Origin: Oculina patagonica
Lineage: Eukaryota
Reading direction: 5' to 3'
Assembly (NCBI RefSeq): GCF_052425735.1
Contig: NC_135765.1
Coordinates: 24,924,001 to 24,988,000, forward strand
DNA length: 64,000 nt
The notes under the pieces were generated by a model. It ran no database searches. It worked only from the letters and a program-made list of their open reading frames with translations, and was not told the DNA's origin. Made by a program: the position numbers and the translations under genes. This document shows positions 59,898-64,000 of the stretch, one piece after another (the first letter of the stretch is position 1; each line of letters begins with the position of its first letter).

Positions 59898-61203
59898 CTA
59901 AAATGAAACAAAAACAAGATGTTACTGATGTAAGTTGTCCTGCAGAATTCTGTTTTTCATACAGGATCATAAGCCATGTTAAACAGAAATTTGGCTCGTT
60001 GTTGTCGTTTGACTGTGCATATACACATAATGACACAACCTTGTGTTATAACGAAACATCCCAGGGTCCTGTTTGAGTATGCGCACATTACTTGATCGAT
60101 GATCATCGTGACGTCAACGTTTTCAAAAAGCATATTTTTCGCTTTTCACACTGCAACAGAAAAATGGCGTTTTCGAAGGTATTCACGCTGGAGATCGTTT
60201 AGGAACTGCTCCATTTTCGGTGGTGTTGAACACGGATTAGTATGGAAAGACTAAGTATGCCTTTTAAAGGAGAACACATAAGTTTGGACAAGGCCAAAAA
60301 CTGTTCTGAACAAGCATGTCGATGGGTAAAAAACTGAAGCAGGTCGATAAACAAAACATTCTTTGCTTGCCCATTATGTTCCACAAAATGAACTTTTTAT
60401 TGTTGTTGTTGCTGTTTTCTTTAATAGCCAGAGTATTCTTACATTTATTGGACTAAGGGATGTGTAGTAGTGTTTTCGTGTTCTGCTGCTATTATGCTCA
60501 CTCGAAGATAAATTTCAGATCTCGGCGCAACCATGTATTATCCTCTATATATCTATCATTTAAATTTGATATCTTAACAATCAACTAGTCTGTATGATAA
60601 AAATAAACAAAAATAAAAAAATATTGGTTTCTGATACAAAAAGTGTTTTTAAATGGACAATTTGTAACAATAGAGTGTAACAGTGAGGAGCCCAGATTTG
60701 TACGTGTGTGTACGACGGTTTTGGGCTGCTTTCAGAGTTGTGGCTCGTGACGCACACAGCGGTTGCTATTAAACGACGACGAATACGCTATCAGCCTTTT
60801 TTTCCGTGGAGTAAGAAAATAAACCCGCACCGCCCGTTAGCTAACGTGAAATAAAAAAATTACCAAAGATCCCACCCTGTATACGCCATAACGAGCTATC
60901 GACAAAAAAAAAAAAATATGTATTGGATTGTTTATGCACGTTTGCTATTTATACGCGCTGAAACAGGCCTTATTGTGGTTTGTGACGTACGCAGCGGTAG
61001 CTGGCATGTTGCTTTGCATGCACAAGGGTTACTTCTTTTAAAGGTTTCAAATGACTTTATAATTTGCGTGACGAATTATCTTGGTGTTAGCCGAAAAACG
61101 GAAGACAGTTATCAATGTTGATACGTTATACCAGCAGAACACACGGATCCATTAGGGCCCTATTTTTAGCTCATTCTCCAGAATGAGTAATAGAGTGATA
61201 CAA

Positions 61204-61352
61204 ATGTTGACGGAAGTCTGCGTGTACAAAAATTGTGTGGACCGGAAGTGATACAGATGTTGACGGAAGTCTGCGTGTACAAAAATTGTGTGGACCGGAA
61301 GTGAAACATATGTTGACGGAAGTCTGCGTGTACAAAAATTGTGTGGACGGAA
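61204..61352. repeat. Three tandem copies of a 53-bp unit
   Basis: ATGTTGACGGAAGTCTGCGTGTACAAAAATTGTGTGGACCGGAAGTG... Confidence 0.9.
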
Positions 61353-61355
61353 GTT

Positions 61356-61661
61356 GTAGAACGGAAGTAATTTTATATGCTACCCCTGCCCCCTTAGTAA
61401 CGCCAAAAAATAACTTCAGTGAAGCTCAGATGCAAATGTGAAAAGAAATGAAATCATTGTATAGTGTAATAAATAAATTAACATCAAATGACAATTTCGG
61501 AACTACTGGTAGAACGGAAGTAATTTTATATGCTACCCCTGCCCCCTTAGTAACGCCAAAAATAACTTCAGTGAAGCTCAGATGCAAATGTGAAAAGAAG
61601 TGAAATCATTGTTTTGTGTAATAAATAAATTAACATCAAATGACAATTTCGGAACTACTGG
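61356..61661. repeat. Tandem duplication of ~153 bp
   Basis: GTAGAACGGAAGTAATTTTATATGCTACCCC...CGGAACTACTG at 61356 and 61509. Confidence 0.9.
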
Positions 61662-62033
61662 TCTACAATGAACCAAAACTAAAGCTACGTCAACTACGAC
61701 TACAACCCGCACGTGTCGTTATTACAAAAAATTATCAAATATATATTTTCATTTTTTTTTTTCTTTTCTGAGACCCCTCAACATGTCCTCGGCCCTGACC
61801 CCAATCTGTCTATGTCCAACAGAAAGTATAAAGAGCGATCTAAAATATAGAATCAATGGAATTTTTTTGGTATGTTTGAAGTAGAGTTGGTTTTGGCTCG
61901 TGACGTGACGCAGCTGATGTTCACCCGCACGCGTCCCTGCACGCATTTCTGTACGTGTACAATGAACCAAAAATAAACCTTAAGTTACGTCAACTCTCTT
62001 TTTTAGAAATGCACGATCTGCGCACGTCGCCGA

Positions 62034-62064
<31 letters not shown>

Positions 62065-63669
62065 CTTTATTTAAACTCGAATTTAGAGTAGCTTGACAGC
62101 TAATATTTCCGAGAACGAAAATGTATCAAATGTATAGTTTTTATTGAATTTCCTCTTTCTAAGAACCCTGGACACGTCCAAGTAAAACGATAAAGAGCCA
62201 TTCAAAAATTAACTTATGACGTTACGCAGTTGATGTTCACCCGCACGCATTTCTCTATGTGTACAATGAACCAAAAATAAAGCCACGTCAACTCTCTTTG
62301 TAGTAATCTCATTTCCCGTGACTCACGTCATCCGTTTTACACGACGTGTTCGTGCGCATCTTTCTCTCAAATTTCATTCGCTGCTCAATCCATGAACAAT
62401 GATTGTCACTGCCCGGAGGATGCGTGCTGACAGAAAGGTTATTCAAAACGCAATTCAGTAATTTAAAACGGTAACAAATATTCATTTCATTTCTTTTCAC
62501 ATGTGTATCTGAGCTTCGTGGAAGATATGAACTATTTACACACTATCCAACCAGAAGAAAGCTCGTAACCACAATCTCCACACGTTTTAGCAGTAAAAAC
62601 ATGTTCTTCAAATATCGAAATTATATTTGTCAAGAAGCGATGTATTGGTGAAAAATATTGTGAAAGCCCTTTCCGTGTTTAATTGTTATGTAAACATTCT
62701 AGCTTTTCTGTCTATGTTGTTGTTGACTTTACATTTTCCATCAATAATAGCGCTAAGAAGAGCAAACAAGACTGGATGTCTTCGGATGTCTCGTTTTTCC
62801 TGGCACGGAAGGGTAAAGGAATGTGCATGCATGCAAAAAACTTGACTGTTTCGCAATTCCTTTCCGCGTAATACTGATTCTCGACCTAGAATCTTCTCTT
62901 CCTATTATTTATATTTTTATTATGCTTACCGTACCGCGATCCGGAAACGAAATACTATTTCTTTTTTAAATAACTGCTTGTGGACTTTTACGTAGCGGGG
63001 AATGGGGCCATGTAAAATTACTTCCGGCTGCCTCAATGGATTTGATCGCTTGTGTCAGCGCGTGTTAAAATACGTGAAAATACGTTTAGGGTCCCTAAGG
63101 TCTAAACAGCTCGGCAACTTGATTCACGTTGCACCATTTTTAGAAGTTGTGAAATTGTGATTTCATTTCTTTTCACATGCGTATCTGATTTTGACTTTAC
63201 ACGGGACTGTAATTGACTTAAGTGAACTGTACCAGTACATTTCCATTAACCACCACCACTCCCAAACCCTACCCTTCCCACCCCCCCCCCCCCGAAAGAG
63301 GCAGAAGAATGAGCTGGCTCTAAGTGCCCTTTGATTTATAGTAAACGTTTCATTTTCTCGTTTTCATGCATTTCCATCGCTATCGCCCCATTCCGTAATC
63401 CCCAATTTCACTATTCCTACTTCTCCAACGTCACGCTGTGAACAACAAGAGCTGATACCGACTGACAAACAAGACTGAATTGATTTGAAAATTGTGACAA
63501 GAATACGAAACCGAATGACTTTTCTTATTTCGATAATTTATATTAAACTTCCAAAATTTTAACCATCCCCGCTACTTGAAAGAGCACATTAAATCGGATA
63601 AAAAATAAGCAGTTGACACGAGAGTATAGTTTCTTGCGTGACGTCATTAATTATAAAAGAATTGCTTAA

Positions 63670-64000
63670 GGATGCGTTTCTTTGGGAAAAATCCAAATCC
63701 GGATTCTTGATCCAAAAACGGATTTTGCGTTTCTTTACCTATATGCGAAAATGGATTAATCTTGGATCAATGATCTGAAGAATCCACACTTCGAGTGGAT
63801 ACATCAGATCATATCTGAATCCGGATTTTTAGGATTCATGATCCGTGCGTTTCTTTGGGAAAGGATTCGAAAAAAGTACCTTGGTCCAGCGGTCTTTGCT
63901 GTGAAAATACAGGTTCGCTCTTTGTAAACACTGCCATACGGAAAGTTTTAGGCGGTTATTTCGATCAAAATACAAAAATATTTCACGATAAAAGGAAACG
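63670..64000. mobile_element. Left end of a probable MITE running out of the window
   Basis: GGATGCGTTTCTTTGGGAAA after TAA; the motif recurs near 63846, with several GGATT/AATCC subrepeats. Confidence 0.35.

Noticed and set aside
60000-64000. Upstream P450 exons
   Set aside because: No membrane-anchor, PGP or K.YG motifs found by eye; they probably lie beyond the window.

Overview
Eukaryotic, repeat-rich animal DNA. The gene and transposon content suggests a cnidarian, probably a stony coral (inference, not shown). From left to right the window holds: (1) a complete four-exon POLR1H/RPA12 gene on the minus strand; (2) a ~21-kb tandem array of six intronless histamine-N-methyltransferase-like genes (two intact, two frameshifted, one multiply interrupted, one 5' stub), invaded by a BEL/Pao LTR retrotransposon, a 5'-truncated LINE and several MITEs; (3) a class C GPCR with a single coding exon; (4) a single-exon gene fusing a eukaryotic-type UDP-galactopyranose mutase to a DUF3431-like domain, the most interesting feature; (5) a probable low-quality assembly stretch; (6) a DIRS-like gag relic; (7) a disrupted class A GPCR with an acidic repeat tail; (8) the last four coding exons of a clan-3-like cytochrome P450. 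Family assignments rest on motifs recalled from memory; no database searches were run.
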